64,000 bases of DNA from the human T2T-CHM13v2.0 reference genome, Homo sapiens: the NCBI RefSeq assembly GCF_009914755.1, contig NC_060929.1; one strand, given 5' to 3'. Below the pieces are notes generated by a model. That model worked only from the letters and a program-made list of their open reading frames with translations, was not told where the DNA came from and made no database searches. Of the stretch, positions 16,956 to 32,495 are shown in pieces. The position numbers and the translations under genes were made by a program. The stretch's first letter is position 1. Each line of letters begins with the position of its first letter.

Positions 16956-17926
16956 ACAAAAGACAAACTTTCCACATTCAAGGAGTTACATGGGTATGTG
17001 TAGATCCACTCAGGTTAACGGACAACCAATCACTTCTAAAAAGCCTAGTCAGCTACGTAGACTGCTGAGCCACAGGACAAGGAGTGAAGTTTGATTTACT
17101 GTGAAATCTCAAAACATAGTTATTTTGATCTTTTTTTTTCTTTTGGCACTTTCTTAGAAACAGACAAAATCCACACACATAACAGTTAAGCTTCCACAAT
17201 GCTATGTAAAAATGGGTATATAGTTAAGGCATTTAAACTTCAGGTATATGAAAATGAAAACAGAAAAATTTCTAATGGGTTTTTAAAAAATAAAAATAGG
17301 CTTCCTTATTTGAAAAAACAATGTTCAAGGGAGGGGAAAAACAGAAAATATAAGAGACCAAATGAAAATATCTCATATACTAATAATCCCACTATTCAGA
17401 AAGAACGATGACTATTCTTCTCCCTCTCAATATATTACAAAAATCTTTCTATGTCAATATTATCAAAAATTATGAAATATCATAATATTTCATCACTAGA
17501 ATAAATCATAAAACAGTCCCCTACAGCTGAACTTACTTATTTCCAATTTTCTTCTATAAAAAGTACTGTAATCAGCTGTCTTCCAACTAATTCTCTATAT
17601 GAAACTTTTATTTCCAGGATAAATTCCTTCCAGTATAATTTATAGGTTCAACAATATACTCTTTTTAATGCCAATTTATACCCCTGCCAGATTTGTGTAT
17701 GAGAACACCTGTTTTCTATGCTTGATAAGCTGGGAAAGTTCTTACCTTTGCTACTGTGACAGGCCAAACTGTGTTCTCAGTGTTGCTTTAATATAAACTT
17801 TGATTTCTTAAGACTTAGTCTTAAGAAATGTTAAATGTTAAAGCATTTCTTTATATTTCTTGGCAATTTTCTTCCACTGACAGCTTTCTAGTCATGCCCT
17901 TTCCCCATTTTTCTTTGAGGTAGTCA

Positions 17927-18629
<703 letters not shown>

Positions 18630-19506
18630 TCACCATAAGTAATACAATCACTCTTTAGAAAAAGTTTAATAAGTTGGTCACAAACATTGGCTATACTGTT
18701 ATTTTAGGCTAAGTATTTTTGCTAAAAGGTTATGCCATACAGTAATCATCACTTAAGAAAAGCAACTACTTACAGTCAGTACTCAAGTTGATTTAAAATA
18801 GCCTATTAAACATAGGTAAGTTTTCTATCCTGAAACTACAAATTTTTAAATTTAGACAAAGTATATTATTCATTGCAACATATGGATTTGAGATTTAATA
18901 CTAACTTTATTGTTACTATCATTACTCTGAAAGTTTGTACATAAAAAGTCTTGCCTTTTTCTAGAAATATAAGAATTTATAAAAGTAAATGTATAATGAA
19001 TTACCAAGGGAGAAGGTAGAACTACACAAAGCCAAAAATGATGGAAAAAAAAAAGTCTGGTGTCAAATCTAATATGGATCATTAAAACCCAAAAACAAAA
19101 AAAAAAAATGTAAAAGCCAAATAATGCAGAAATCTATAGTTTTCTGAATATGGCACCTTTTTGGATAGCTAAAGAAGAAACAGTAAATAATATATTTCTT
19201 AAAAAGATTATGAACCTCGCATTGTAAAAATAAATCACTGCTTTAAAATATAGATTTTCTATCACCCCAAATCTTAATTCTGATCAAATTATAAGGCACA
19301 TTATATGAAAGTTATGTTAAGCATAAATAATTCATTTTATAGAAAATAAATTATTTTCTATATATAACAGATGTTATACACAAACTATTAAAACAAACAA
19401 ATCTACCCTAAGAATTTGCAAGAATTCCTTCCTGCACATTCAAGCACATTTAAGGCCCAGAAACTGGCCAAATACTACTTCTTTAATTAAAAATAAATTG
19501 GCATTA

Positions 19507-19755
19507 GGTCGGGCGTGGTGGCTCACGCCTGTAATCCCAGCACTTTGGGAGGCCGAGGCTGGTGGATCACCTGAGGTCAGGGTTCCAGAACAGCCTGACC
19601 AACATGGTGAAACCCTGTCTCTATTAAAAATACAAAAAATTAGCCGAGTGTGGTGGTATTGCACGGCAGTTGTAGTGAGCCAAGATCATGCCACTGCACT
19701 CCAGCCTGGGCAACAGGACAAGACTCCGTCTCATAACAAACAAATAAATAAATAA
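19507..19755 (+). mobile_element. AluS with an internal deletion in the right arm
   Basis: The right arm jumps from TGGTGG to GTTGTAGTGAGC. TSD core is AATTGGCATTA. Confidence 0.88.
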
Positions 19756-20022
19756 TTGGCATTAAAATATTTTTCCAGGTCAATCCTAACAGCAAACTCA
19801 CAGGAATTAATCAAAGTTTGATACTAAGATTGATAAAAAGATTGATACTAAGTCTTTTTCCACTCCTTAAAAAAAAAAAAATTTAGCCCTATTGCTATTT
19901 AAGCTGCTTGATATTATAATACTATAACTAAAAAAAAAAAAATTGTTATAAAGATAAGTAAAAAAACAAAGCACAAAACTAAATCTGTGGTGTGCTCATA
20001 ATGATATAAAAACTGTCAAACT

Positions 20023-20352
20023 AGATTGGGTGTGGTGGCTCATGCCTGTAATCTCAGCACTTTGGGAGGCCGAGGCAGGTGGATCACCTGAGGTCAGGAA
20101 TTCAAGACCAGCCTGGCCAACATGGTAAAACCCTGTCTCTACTAAAAATACAAAAATTAGCCAGGTGTGGTTGTGTGTGCCTGTAGTCCCAGCTACTCGG
20201 GAGGTCAAGGCAGGAGAATTGCTTGTACCTGGGAGGCGAAGGTTGCACTAAGTCGAGACTGTGCCACTGCACTCCAGCCCAGGCAACAGAGTGAGACTCC
20301 ATCTCAAAAAAATAAAAATAAAAAACAAACAAACAACAACAACAACAAAAAA
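20023..20352 (+). mobile_element. AluS
   Basis: Full dimer with TSD TGTCAAACTA. Confidence 0.92.
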
Positions 20353-20474
20353 ATGTGTCAAACTAAAGGAAACATCAAAATGCTACCAGTAGTTGTCTTC
20401 AGGTAGTAGAACTAAGGGCTATTTATTTTCTCTTTCTACTTTATAATAATTTTTTTAATTAATAAAAGATCATG

Positions 20475-20865
<391 letters not shown>

Positions 20866-21793
20866 TATATGTGTTATTATTACAATTAATTTATTCACTC
20901 TCAAGCAATTATCTCCTCAAATACAGGGGCAAGTTTTTCTTAAAAAAGAAACTTTATCTGGCAACAGTTGCTCAGAATCATGGCTACCACAACTACTTAG
21001 TACTTCATATAGTACAGAAACACCGTCTATTGTCATCCAAGTGGCAGTACTTCCCTGCACACAGTTTCTCCTAAGCTGAATAACTAAAATTTAAGTAACC
21101 AGTTATGGTGGGATGTATTTCTTAGAAAAAGAAGTATCCCCTTAAACTAAATGCTAGATTTTTCTCATTTTACTCCCATAAAAGTAGCTATAATCAAATT
21201 AGAATTATATGAATATATTAATACTTATACCTCTTAGAACATAATAAAATCCTGGACCCCTTCACCTTCAAAATACTGAGCTGCAGCCCATTAGAAAAAA
21301 ATCTACCAGACAAAAAGGCAAAATGAACTCAGATACATAAGCTGAAAAAACAAACAACTAGGTTATTATTCTTAGCCAATTTGGAGGCAAAATAGAGAGA
21401 GAAAAGCCAGCCAGTCCTACAGCAGAACAAGGCTACTGAGTTTACTGAGACACTAAAGTTTTGTAAGTCATATATCTAGGAAAGGCAAGTAACAAGACAG
21501 GTGGCCAGAGGAGAAATAAGGTGTGATATGCTGCACTGCCAAGACACTCAAGGAGGTAAATCTTCACCTTGCTCCTTCCCTTCTATTTCCAAGTCACATA
21601 AAATGACAATGGCAAGATTTAGGAATGAGAGCCAAGGGTAAAGAAAGTAGGCATAATATCCCAAGTGGCAATCTTAACCTAGTTTGTGAATCTTAAACTA
21701 GAATGAAAATTTTAATTATTTAACAGTGAAGTCCAATATTGTCCTACAAATTGATGAACTATCTGAAGGACAGTACAAAGTAAGAAATAGTGA

Positions 21794-22109
21794 CTTTTCT
21801 TTTCTTTTTTTTTTTTTTTTTTTTTTTGAGATGGAGTTTTGCTCTTGTTGCCCAGGCTGGAGTGCAATGGCAAGATCTTGGCTCACTGAAATCTCCATCT
21901 CCTGGGTTCAAGCGATTCTCCTGCCTCGGCCTCCCGAGTAGCTGGGATTACAGGCATGCGCCACCACGCCCGGCTAATTCTTTATTTTTAGTAGAGACTA
22001 GGTTTCTCCATGTTGGTCAGGCTGGTCTCGAACTCCTGACCTCAGGTGATCAGCCCATCTCGGCCTCCCAAAGTGCTGGGATTACAGGTGTGAGCCACCA
22101 CACCTGGCC
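21794..22109 (-). mobile_element. AluSp-like
   Basis: GAGTTTTGCTCTTGTTGCCCAGG; TSD AATAGTGAC. Confidence 0.92.
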
Positions 22110-22619
22110 AATAGTGACATATCTTAATGTATTCTGATAATTTTATTTTGCACATATATTTGTGGTCTTTCTGCTGAGTTTGTTTTCTCAAATTTAATAT
22201 GCAAACGTTTTCCTTTTTCATGGCCTCAATTTCCACTTAACAGTATGATAAAGCAAGCATAATCTTAGTTTCAGCTCTGCCGTACGATAGCTTACTGGGC
22301 TTTAACAAGTGTCTGGACCTAAGTTTCTTCATTTGTTTACTGAGAGGAGTTGATCCAAATGACTCAAAAAGACTCTCCTATTCAAAAATAATCATTCTAT
22401 CATTCTTCAGAATGACATCAAGTTGTTCTGGGTAACATCCACCTTTAACTGGAGAAACACTGCCTCTGGACTAAAACAGTGGGTATATTCCTCAAGCAAT
22501 CATTCACCATATCAACACTGGTGAAGACAGTACTGTGGATTTACCCCCGCCCCAACTCCATGCTTCATCCAACCTCCAGCACAACAAACCCATCACTACC
22601 TACTTATTAATTTACTTAC

Positions 22620-22774
22620 AGAGGAAATGGGCAAGCCAACCCCCACTAGGATGAGGACAGTGGATGTGACGGTACTGTCATGGTACGGATAGTTGATGCT
22701 GTTGTCTTTACAGAAAAAGCCTCTCTGAAATGGATATATTTGGCCCAATTTTAGAACAGCCATAGGCATGGAAG
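22620..22774 (-). CDS. PLPP1: PLPP1 alternative exon 2, 155 nt (LPP1a-type isoform)
   Basis: Minus strand reads tttttttcccttccccaacag|CTTCCATG...ATTTCCTCT|gtaagt. Translation is (A)SMPMAVLKLGQIYPFQRGFFCKDNSINYPYHDSTVTSTVLILVGVGLPISS, contained in ORF 22596..22802. It has the same phases (1 in, 0 out) as the 152-nt exon. Confidence 0.97.
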
Positions 22775-23244
22775 CTGTTGGGGAAGGGAAAAAAAGACAC
22801 ACATGATTAAATTCAATTCACTTCATTAGGAAGTAAAGTCTACTGAATGGGATGCAAATCCTAGCCATATTTTGCCCTCTCTGGAGATGGATCTCCATTA
22901 TACCCAAGGGCAAAGATTAAGGAAATCATGCAGCATCATTTGCTTGTCCATATCAGCCCCACCTTTTTCCAAGTATAAATACTATTACTTGCATTGACCT
23001 CCGATTTTAGAAATAAACAATAAAAGAGACTTCCACAAGGAGGAGAGCAAAATTGGCCCATGGAAAAATAAAGCTGAGAAAACAGGAAGGTTTTCCATTT
23101 TGCATTCTGTAGTTAATTTATTTTTAATTGAATTGCTTTACATTAAACTGTGTTTAAGAAAAAAGGCAAAATTCCATAAATAAATTTAGTAATTAATATC
23201 ATAACAACCAAATGTCATCCAGGAGAAGAAACATGTAAAAATTT

Positions 23245-23595
<351 letters not shown>

Positions 23596-24349
23596 TCAGT
23601 AATAAAAATAGAAAGAAAAAGCCTTTTGTTTTCCAAAGACAACAAACACCCGGTTTTATTAGCCCTGGCAAGGCTCCAAAACCACTTTTAACAAGTTATA
23701 CCAAAATAATTTTCAGTTGAAATTTTGCACCTAAATAAAATGACCCTGAAAGACCAAAGTTAAATAATTTAAATTAGTGGCTTCTTAAGATATTCAAATT
23801 TACCATGCTTTTAGGCTTTGTTTTATACAAACTCACTCACTATATGCGCAATACTAAGCCATACTTAGGGAAGACAAATTTGTATAAAACCAATACTAAA
23901 TTCAAGAACCTAAATTGTATATGTAGAAAAATAATGTATACCCAGTAAATTGTTTAAAAACAAATCCCAAGGTAGATTTTTTGGGGAAAATGATGAAACT
24001 GTTCTGTATCTTGATTGAGATGGTAATTCCACAACTCTTTTATTGCATGTAAAGTTAAGAAGAAATACCATAAAAGGCAGAAATATGCCATAAAAATAGG
24101 AATATAATTACTAAAATGGCATAGAAGGACCTATAGGAATTCAGAGGTCAATACAGACTGGAGGAGTTAGAAAAGACTATTAAAGAAGAGGCAACTGAGT
24201 TGAAGGTGAAATGACAGGTAAAACACAAGCAATAGGGAGGAGCACAGGGAGACCATTTAGTGGTAGAGGGAGGCAGGGAAGCATGAGAATTGCATCAACA
24301 AGAGCACAAAGGGAATGAGCAAGAAGTTTTCAAGGTACACGCATTTTGT

Positions 24350-24545
24350 AGCCAACATGTATTGCATGCTTGCACATGCTGGGAATTAGGCCACATAGAT
24401 TAACTCAATCCTTACCTCACCTCTGTGAAGTAGGTATTATCACTACCTGCTTTTTTCATATAACGTTGTTGAAGCTTAGAGAAATGAGGAACATTGCTGA
24501 AACTAGGAAGTGGTGGAACCAGGATTCCAACACAAGCTATCTCTT
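24350..24545. mobile_element. MIR fragment
   Basis: TGTGAAGTAGGTATTATCAC...GAACCAGGATTCCAAC resembles the MIR core. Confidence 0.6.
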
Positions 24546-24692
24546 CCAGAGTTAGGGAATATACGGCCTCCCATGGAGACAAGTGATCTGGCTAGGTTAA
24601 CAGGTTAGAATATGATTGGGAGAAGGGGAACCTGTCCTTTAAAAACCTCACTCAGTATAATACATGTTGTGTTCACGATAAGAACTCAAAGT

Positions 24693-24990
24693 AGGCTGAG
24701 TACGGTGGGTCACACCTATAAACCCAACACGTTGAAAGGCTGAGGCAGAAGGACCCCTTAAGTTCAGGAGTTCAAGACTAGCCTGGGCAACATATTGAGA
24801 CCTCGTCTCTACAAAAGAAATTTTTTAATTGGCTGGGCATGGTGGCATGTGCCTGTAGTCCCAGCTACTCAGGAGGGTGAGGCAGGAGGATCCCTTGAGC
24901 CCAAGAGGTAAAGGCTTCAGTAAGCCATGTTCACACTACTGCACCCCAGCCTGGGCAACAGGACAAGACCCTGTCTCAAAAAAAAAAAAA
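24693..24990 (+). mobile_element. AluJ
   Basis: Diverged dimer. Confidence 0.9.
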
Positions 24991-25120
24991 AGAAGAAGAA
25001 AAAACTGAAAGTTAATGGAACAGTGTATTATTTGCTATAGATTATCTCTGAATTCTGCAATTCTATGGTTTTTCATGGGAATAACAGTGCTTGAGATTTC
25101 TGTGTTTATTAAAAGATTAT

Positions 25121-25720
<600 letters not shown>

Positions 25721-25899
25721 AGGATTATGGGTTTAAAACACTTGGAAAGGATGTAAGTTTGTAGGAAATAAAATATCACTGTCCTCTTTTGCTCAGGGTC
25801 AGCAACATGGTAAAATGAGGAATTTTAGAAATTAACTTCCAGGAAAAAAAAAAAAGGGAGAGAGAGAGCAAGAAGAAACACAAATATTTACAGTTTTGA

Positions 25900-26490
25900 A
25901 ATTATCTACTAATTAGGTGATAAGTAGTGTGTAGATAGTGGAAACAGAATAGGATGCACAGAAGAATGTTTTGAATATAGAAATGATACAAAACTTGAGC
26001 ACTGATCACAAATGCTGAGGCAGACCTGAAGATGGCACTTCAGGGTTTGGACATATGAAGAACGAAAGTTCCATTGATAGAAATGAGAAGTTGCCAGGGG
26101 GAGCTCATTTATGGTGGAAGAACATTAGTTTAGTATTGAGAACACTGCCTTTGGGGCAATCTGGCACCTCCCTAAATGCTCAGCCTCATCTTCCACTGTC
26201 CCCTTAAGGCTCCAATCACACTGAACCACTTGCTGTTGCCGAAACATACTGTTTTCAAAACCCTAGGTTTCACAGGGATTTGAAATGCTCAGCCTTCTAC
26301 TGCGGATAGTTGCTCTCTCATTTCTCCTTCAAGTCCAAGCCAGGTACTCCCTTCTTATCTGTCCCATGGCACCATGTACATATGTCTATCACGATGTACT
26401 TTAACTTTTTATGTGTGTGTCAGCAACTCTGAGGGCAAAGGCTACCTTTACCATTTTTGTATCCTTTGTACCAGGCACACAGATCTGAAC
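25900..26490. mobile_element. L2 fragments
   Basis: GTTCCATTGATAGAAATGAGAAG and TCACACTGAACCACTTGCTGTT...CTCTGAGGGCAAAGG resemble L2 3' regions in opposite orientations. Confidence 0.55.
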
Positions 26491-26501
26491 AAAAATTTAT
26501 T

Positions 26502-26906
<405 letters not shown>

Positions 26907-27499
26907 CTAGGAGAATAAAACAGTTCTTACAGAAGGCAAATCAAGACTAAAAGAAACAAAGCAATTAGCTAAGGACTAATATCCACAGAGAAAACATGAA
27001 AAGAGGCTATAGGAGAGGAAGAAAGGATGCTCACAGGCTCCAAGGGGCAAGGGCTGTGTCTGTCTTGTTCAGCAGCATAGTCTGGCCATTCTTTAAACAA
27101 AAGAATGAATGAACAATAGAGAAGTAGGACAATGTTGTGATACAAAAACCAAAGCTCAGAGTATCTAGTACATGGCAAATCTAATATATCAAATGCTAAG
27201 ACATCAAGGAGCATGAGAACTGAGTAAAGACTGAGGTCTTTACTGAGAATATATTATACCGTCTCCACTAATACAACGATGGTATCTTCATAAAGAAACT
27301 TAGTATTGAGCATTGTTCAATATCGGGTTGTCATTGTCTAAGCATGCCTTTCTTCAAGTTAAATATGTCAAAATTATGTCCCCTATTGTTCATATGTATT
27401 ACACACACACACACACAGAGGAATGTCCATCCCTCCAGAGTAAACAGGTATCACTATTCCAAAAAGCAATGGAATAGTCTTTATCTGCTACTGAGATCA

Positions 27500-27851
<352 letters not shown>

Positions 27852-28068
27852 TAGTGATGAGAGTTCTGTGTTAAAGTTAGTGTTCTAGGAAGACTCTTCT
27901 CCTTATAAACACTTTCTTAGGACAGATACACTTTTTCCTTAATACCTAAAGAACATAGATACTGTTTTGACCCTAATCATAGTTCTAGGATATTTTTCTC
28001 TTAATTAAAATTTCCTTAAGAGGAGTCACTTTTAAAACTATGTAATAACCGCCGGGCGTGGTGGCTCA

Positions 28069-28332
28069 CCCTCTACCTGGGACTACAGCTGCTATCAGGC
28101 AGCCTTCTCCACAAAGCTCTCTTTTTGAGGTAGCACTCCTTCTCTTTGCACTTCAGGTCTATGGGGCAATATTCCCATCCTCTCTGTTGCTAGCCCAGGA
28201 TACTACAATATCTCTTGTTGATTTTCTAAACTCTGCCCACCTATTTGTGAATACTTGTTTCATTTAATCCTCTTCAAATTATCCAGCTTGAATATGCCAT
28301 CTGTTTCCTATCAGGGCCATGGGTGACAGTAC
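28069..28332 (+). mobile_element. LTR33-like 3' half (ERVL), fused to a 19-nt Alu head at 28051-28069
   Basis: CTGTTGCTAGCCC...CTGCCCAC...TGCCATCTGTTTCCT match LTR33. Confidence 0.75.
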
Positions 28333-28914
28333 CACATACATATTTTGATCTTGCTAAACACAACTGTTAGGCATGTATGTCTGCTCTTAGTGCACTACTC
28401 CTATGATATGTTGAGGAAAACAGACACATGAATACCTGGATAGATGTAAACAGATGTTCCCATATTCTCCTCAATTCAGTGATAATTGAAACCTCTTCCA
28501 TTTTATTAAATATATGTCATACATACTTCCTCAAATATGTGCTATTACAAAATATTCCAATGGAATAAATCTAAAATGCATTTTACAAAGAGAAAGACTA
28601 AAGTAAATCAATGTTAATCCCTAATATGTAGAAGGTAAAGAAAAAGTACTAAATTTATTTTGAAAACAATGAAATAAAAATCAAGTTATTAAAGTGACTA
28701 CACTGATTCATGTACCCACTCCCTCAATTTTCTCTAAAGATCTCATTTCAGACATTTAAATGAATATTATGCTACACAACAGGGAAACTCAGATGTCCAT
28801 CCCCTCCTTATTCATTCAAACATTTCCACTGCCATAATATGGCAGCTGCAACGCCAAGAAAGAAGAAAGGAAAAAAGACTAAAAGAGGTGAAGAATGAAA
28901 AAGACCTCAAAGAA

Positions 28915-29215
28915 ATTTTTTTTTTAAGAGGCTGGGTCTTACTCTGTCACCTAGGGTGGAGTCCAGTGGTAGGATCATAGTTCATTGTAACCTTGAACTC
29001 TTGGGCTCAGGCAATCCTCTCACCTCAGCCTCCCAAGTAGCTGTGACTACAGGCCTGTGCTACCATTCCTGGCTAATTTTTTTTTTTTTTTTTTTTGGTA
29101 GGGACAGAGTCTCACTATGTTTCCTAGGCTGGTCTCAAACTCCTGGACTCAAGCAATCCTCCTGCCTCGGCCTCCCAAAGTGCTGGGATTACACATATAA
29201 ACCACCATGCCCAGC
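28915..29215 (-). mobile_element. AluJ
   Basis: Diverged reverse dimer. Confidence 0.9.
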
Positions 29216-29311
29216 CACCACAGAACTTTTAATAAAAGAGGGAAATCAGTACTACAGGAAAATAACACAGCTGTAACTGCAAGCATGACTGACATTTAGG
29301 TTTGGGCAACA

Positions 29312-29640
29312 CAGCCATCAGGATCCCAGCAGGAAACAGATAGCACCCCCAAACTGGGTAATTTAAGGAGAGTTTAAGAAAGGGACTATTTACAAGGTGT
29401 GAAGGGTGTGGGCACAGTCAAAAGATAGTGCAACCTCCTGAAGCTGCTATCATCTACAGGCTTGGAAAGACAAAGAGGGCCCCATGATATGAGCCATGCC
29501 CTCTGGGAGAGCCAACATGACATGATCTTGCAGGAGGAAACCAGGAAAATAAACACAGCAACTCTACTCTCCTCCTGCCAGTGCTATCCATTGTCCAAAC
29601 CCATCTAGAAGCCAGTCTCAGGCTCCTGAGACTGAGGGCA
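29312..29640 (-). mobile_element. LTR33-like
   Basis: CAGGATCCCAGCAGGAAACAGATAGCAC...GGGTAATTTAAGGAGAGTTTAAGAAAGGGACTATTTACAA is the reverse complement of the LTR33 3' end. Confidence 0.75.
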
Positions 29641-29827
29641 GGGAAGGCAATGACAGAAAGCAGGTCCACAGGGTCAATGGAAGATAAGCAGAACCAGGAG
29701 GGAACAGAAGGTAAAGCCAGTTGGGGTCTCAGTAGGGAGCTGAAACCTAAAAGTGAGTAATTCAAGATAGATTAACAAAGGGGCTATTTATAGAGTCTAT
29801 ATTAAGACTACATATTAAGAACATTGG

Positions 29828-30017
29828 GTTTTATTCTGTGGGTAACAAGGAGACACAATTCCAATCTGTGTGCTAATGGAGGGGCTATGAAAAGAGCTGT
29901 GTAAAGAAAAAAAACAGTGTGAAGACAGAAATACTAGTGTATATTAGAGATGTTAAGGGCCTGAAACAAAGAAATAACAGTGGGAACAGGAAAAAGAGGT
30001 AGATCCTAAAGATGTTT
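29828..30017 (+). repeat. Dispersed direct repeat, copy 1 (L2-like sequence)
   Basis: Colinear and highly similar to 32282-32495. Confidence 0.9.
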
Positions 30018-31719
30018 AGGAAGTTATTCCTACACAACTGTGGATCGTGTCTCTGTGTACATATAGATGTGTATCTAAAACACACACACACACACACACC
30101 TCTTCAGCCTTTGTTGTATCTGCAAAATATAATTTCCATTTTTCCCTTTCCCTAATTACCACCTAATAACATGCCCTGCATAATCTTGCTTACAGTAAGC
30201 ATTTCAAGGAATATTTATGAAATGAATGAATAAACAAGTGAGCAAAGCTTCTGAAACATATAAACAATAATCTTATGTAACCATAAACTTAGATCCTGAA
30301 AAGCTGTATGTGACTTGTCACACCAAAGGGCTCAAGTTCAAACAAACAAACCAAGAAGGGACAAAAAAAAAAAAAGGTGAACAATCTGAAGTCCAAGAAC
30401 ACGCTAGGGAAGCACTTACAATTCTATACTCTAGCAACTCTTTCTCACGCTGTTTTCCATTGGGAACACAAACTGCTAACAAAAATAAACAAACTGAATA
30501 TACCCATGTTAACTGCTCAAACAAATTTTTAAATCACAAACTACTGGAATCTTGAAGGCAATTTGTGTACGCTCCAGCATTACCTCTAAGCAAACCTTCA
30601 AATATGGCTACTGTAGAAGCACTTCTCTCAGCAGCACCCCTCACTCTTTCCTCAATGAGAAAAGAAGTTGAGGCCCCAATTGCATCCTCTTTACTGATCC
30701 ACCCAAAACAAACTCCCTGCAGGAAAGTAGAGGGATAAGATTTCCAAAGGAGATGCTGAAGAGTAAAAAGCAATCACACTTCAAAATAGGACTTTACAAA
30801 TAATTAACAACAGCTCCAGATCCATCCTGTTCTCTTCTCTAGAACCACTAGAAACTCTCAGATCTGAAACTGTATCATAGATTACACACCTACATATCCC
30901 ACTCCATGATACACATGTTGAACTTCCTATGTCCATATCCATCCTCCACATCCTCAGAGTTAGCAAACGAGTTAGACATCTAAGACTTTGTTCCAAGATT
31001 CCCATGTAAAAAGTTTTCACATACTATACAAGTTTACAGTATACAATATACTATGCACTCTCAGTAAAAAGGACAAATTATAATGTGGTCTCTTATTCAC
31101 CAGTAAAAAAATATCTGCTCTTACTGGAAGCACCTAAAATAATCAGGCAGCCTACCTCACAAGACTCTTAAACAGCAATCCTGCTAGTCTCAGAGCAATT
31201 TATAAACCTAAATGAGAAAACACAAACATGCTCCAGAGAAAGGTTTGCTTTATAACTAAAAGATTCATAACATTGTTGTTCATGGATGTGAACAACTCCA
31301 TGAGTCCTCAGACTGTGAGTCTTTAGAGTTTCACTACTCAAAAAAATAAATAAATAAATAGTTAATAATCTTATATGGCCCTTCTCATATATGTCCAAGA
31401 AGAATGGAAACAAACATTGACTGAGCACCTATTATAAGTCACCGCAATGCTAAGGTACTTGCATATATACCTGAAATATAAATATATTCTTATAGGAATA
31501 CCATAAAAGAATATATATTTCAAATATCCTACCATAAAATCCGGTAGAATATATTTATATTTCACATATATATTTATATCTCAGATATAAGAGATATATT
31601 TATATTTGACATCCTACCATAAAATATGGAAAAATTAAAAATTAAAACAAAAAAATATAATCAATGAGTATACAGCATAAAACCAAGCAAAATAAGTAAA
31701 AACATCATATATGGTATAA

Positions 31720-32035
<316 letters not shown>

Positions 32036-32281
32036 TAAAATTATTTATGTTTATATATAAATAAACATTGGGAAGTCTGGAAAAACATATGACCAACTTC
32101 TAAGTAGTTATCTTCAGAGATGGTATTTTTTTTAAGCCAGTCAAATTTAACAGTGGGGGCTAAATAGCAGAGATGGTACTAATACAAATCAAATCAGGGA
32201 GAAAACTTATTTTCTACTGTATATACTTCCATGTTTGAATATTTTATAATAAAACAAAAGACCAAAATCATCACATTTGAA

Positions 32282-32495
32282 GTTTTATTCTGTGGGTAGC
32301 AGGGAGACACAATCCAATCTGTACTCTAACTGAGGGGGCTGTGAAAAGAGCTGTGTAAAGAAAAAAGCAGTGTGAAGACAGAATAGACGGCAAGGCCAGA
32401 GGCAAGAAATACCAGTGTATATGAGAGATGTTAAGGGCCTGAAACAAAGAAATAACGGGGGGAACAGGAAAAAGAGGTAGATTCTAAAGGTGTTT
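32282..32495 (+). repeat. Dispersed direct repeat, copy 2
   Basis: Colinear with 29828-30017, with 25 extra nt at 32384-32408. Confidence 0.9.

Noticed and set aside
22596-22802. 68-aa ORF as a stand-alone gene
   Set aside because: It is the 155-nt PLPP1 exon plus flanking intron read-through.
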